Source of the DNA: an uncultured Acidobacteriota bacterium
GTDB taxonomy: Bacteria > Acidobacteriota > Blastocatellia > RBC074
Length of the DNA stretch: 64,000 bases
Direction: 5' to 3'
Assembly: GCA_963796275.1 (NCBI GenBank)
Contig: CAWCKY010000007.1
Location: forward strand, 288,001 to 352,000
Part shown: positions 63,382 through 64,000 of the stretch, piece by piece
Layout: each line of letters starts with the position of its first letter
How positions within the stretch are numbered: position 1 is the stretch's first letter
Made by a program: the position numbers and the translations under genes
The notes under the pieces: generated by a model
What the model was told of the DNA's origin: nothing
Seen by the model: only the letters and a program-made list of their open reading frames with translations
Databases searched by the model: none

Positions 63382-64000
63382 GTGCGCAGCCTGGTCAATG
63401 ATTTTGGATGGAACGCGACGGCCTATCAGATCATTAATCCCGGAATTTCACATTGGTTTGCGAAAGCGGACGATGCGGTCATCGGATATGTCGAGCATCA
63501 TGGCGTTCGTCTCGTGGCGGGCGCGCCGGTCTGCGCCGGAGAGAGGCTGGCGGATGTAGTTGAGGAGTTCGAGCGCGATGCCGCGCGCAGGAAACTCAAG
63601 GTCTGTTATTTCGGAGCCGAAGCGCGGCTTGACTCCTGCCTTGCCGATTCGCGAAGGCATTCCCGGATGTGGCTCGGCGCGCAACCGGTGTGGCAGCCGA
63701 ACAGCTGGGCGGGCATCTTCGCCGGGCAGTCATCATTGCGGGCGCAACTCAATCGAGCGCGCAATAAGTCAGTATCAGTGGGCGAGTGGCCCGTCGAGCA
63801 GGCCAGCGGGCATCCTGAGTTGCGCCGTTGTTTGAGCGAATGGCTGGCGACGCGCGGATTGCCCCCGATGCATTTTCTGGTGGAGCCGCATACGCTCGAA
63901 CGGCTCTATGATCGCCGCGTTTTTGTGGCGGAGCGGAGCGGAGCGGTGATCGGATATCTCGTAAGCTCTCCCGTGCCGGTACGTAACGGCTGGTTGATCG
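63382..64000 (+). CDS. MprF C-terminal-like (DUF2156) aminoacyl-phosphatidylglycerol synthase domain protein, partial
   Basis: Manual translation, open to the window end: FGWNATAYQIINPG..WF...AVIGYV....RLVAGAPVC...YFGAE...SLRAQLNRARNK...WL..RGLPPMHFLVEP. Start uncertain (CTG 63370 or GTG 63382). Confidence 0.75.
   Translation, partial: MRSLVNDFGWNATAYQIINPGISHWFAKADDAVIGYVEHHGVRLVAGAPVCAGERLADVVEEFERDAARRKLKVCYFGAEARLDSCLADSRRHSRMWLGAQPVWQPNSWAGIFAGQSSLRAQLNRARNKSVSVGEWPVEQASGHPELRRCLSEWLATRGLPPMHFLVEPHTLERLYDRRVFVAERSGAVIGYLVSSPVPVRNGWLI

Overview
This is a 64-kb bacterial chromosomal window of mostly housekeeping and accessory metabolic genes. An acidobacterial-type PadR, duplicated-permease (ADOP) remnants and tandem secreted tricorn proteases suggest Acidobacteriota, possibly Blastocatellia (inference). 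In order it holds: a GH63 glucosidase-GMC oxidoreductase-MFS-SDR operon with a sigma54-type promoter, tRNA-Cys, ThuA/serine hydrolase/thiolase/TPR genes and recA. Next come a selenocysteine-containing SelD (in-frame TGA missed by the ORF track) followed by a flavin disulfide reductase, an EgtB-type sulfoxide synthase and a PLP class-V enzyme. These are followed by a secreted-peptidase block (M16 pair, two tricorns) and a glycosyltransferase/kinase/deacetylase/ABC-exporter cluster. The last part holds a GntR-regulated sugar ABC importer with a permease-binding protein fusion, PBP1b-like, TPR, outer-membrane barrel, FHA-PrsW, FkbM and M14 genes, and a partial MprF-like gene. Intergenic DNA is dense in nested palindromic elements, including an IS4-family element inserted with a 14-bp duplication into a 208-bp REPIN-like palindrome whose 43-bp collapsed form also occurs in the window. 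Single-base frameshifts in recA, the PBP gene (two) and the GMC gene look like assembly indels. The best candidates for something new are the selD-reductase-egtB(-PLP) cluster, the nested palindrome system, and a 9-bp repeat encoding GQT found in frame in three unrelated proteins. No CRISPR array or rRNA was seen.
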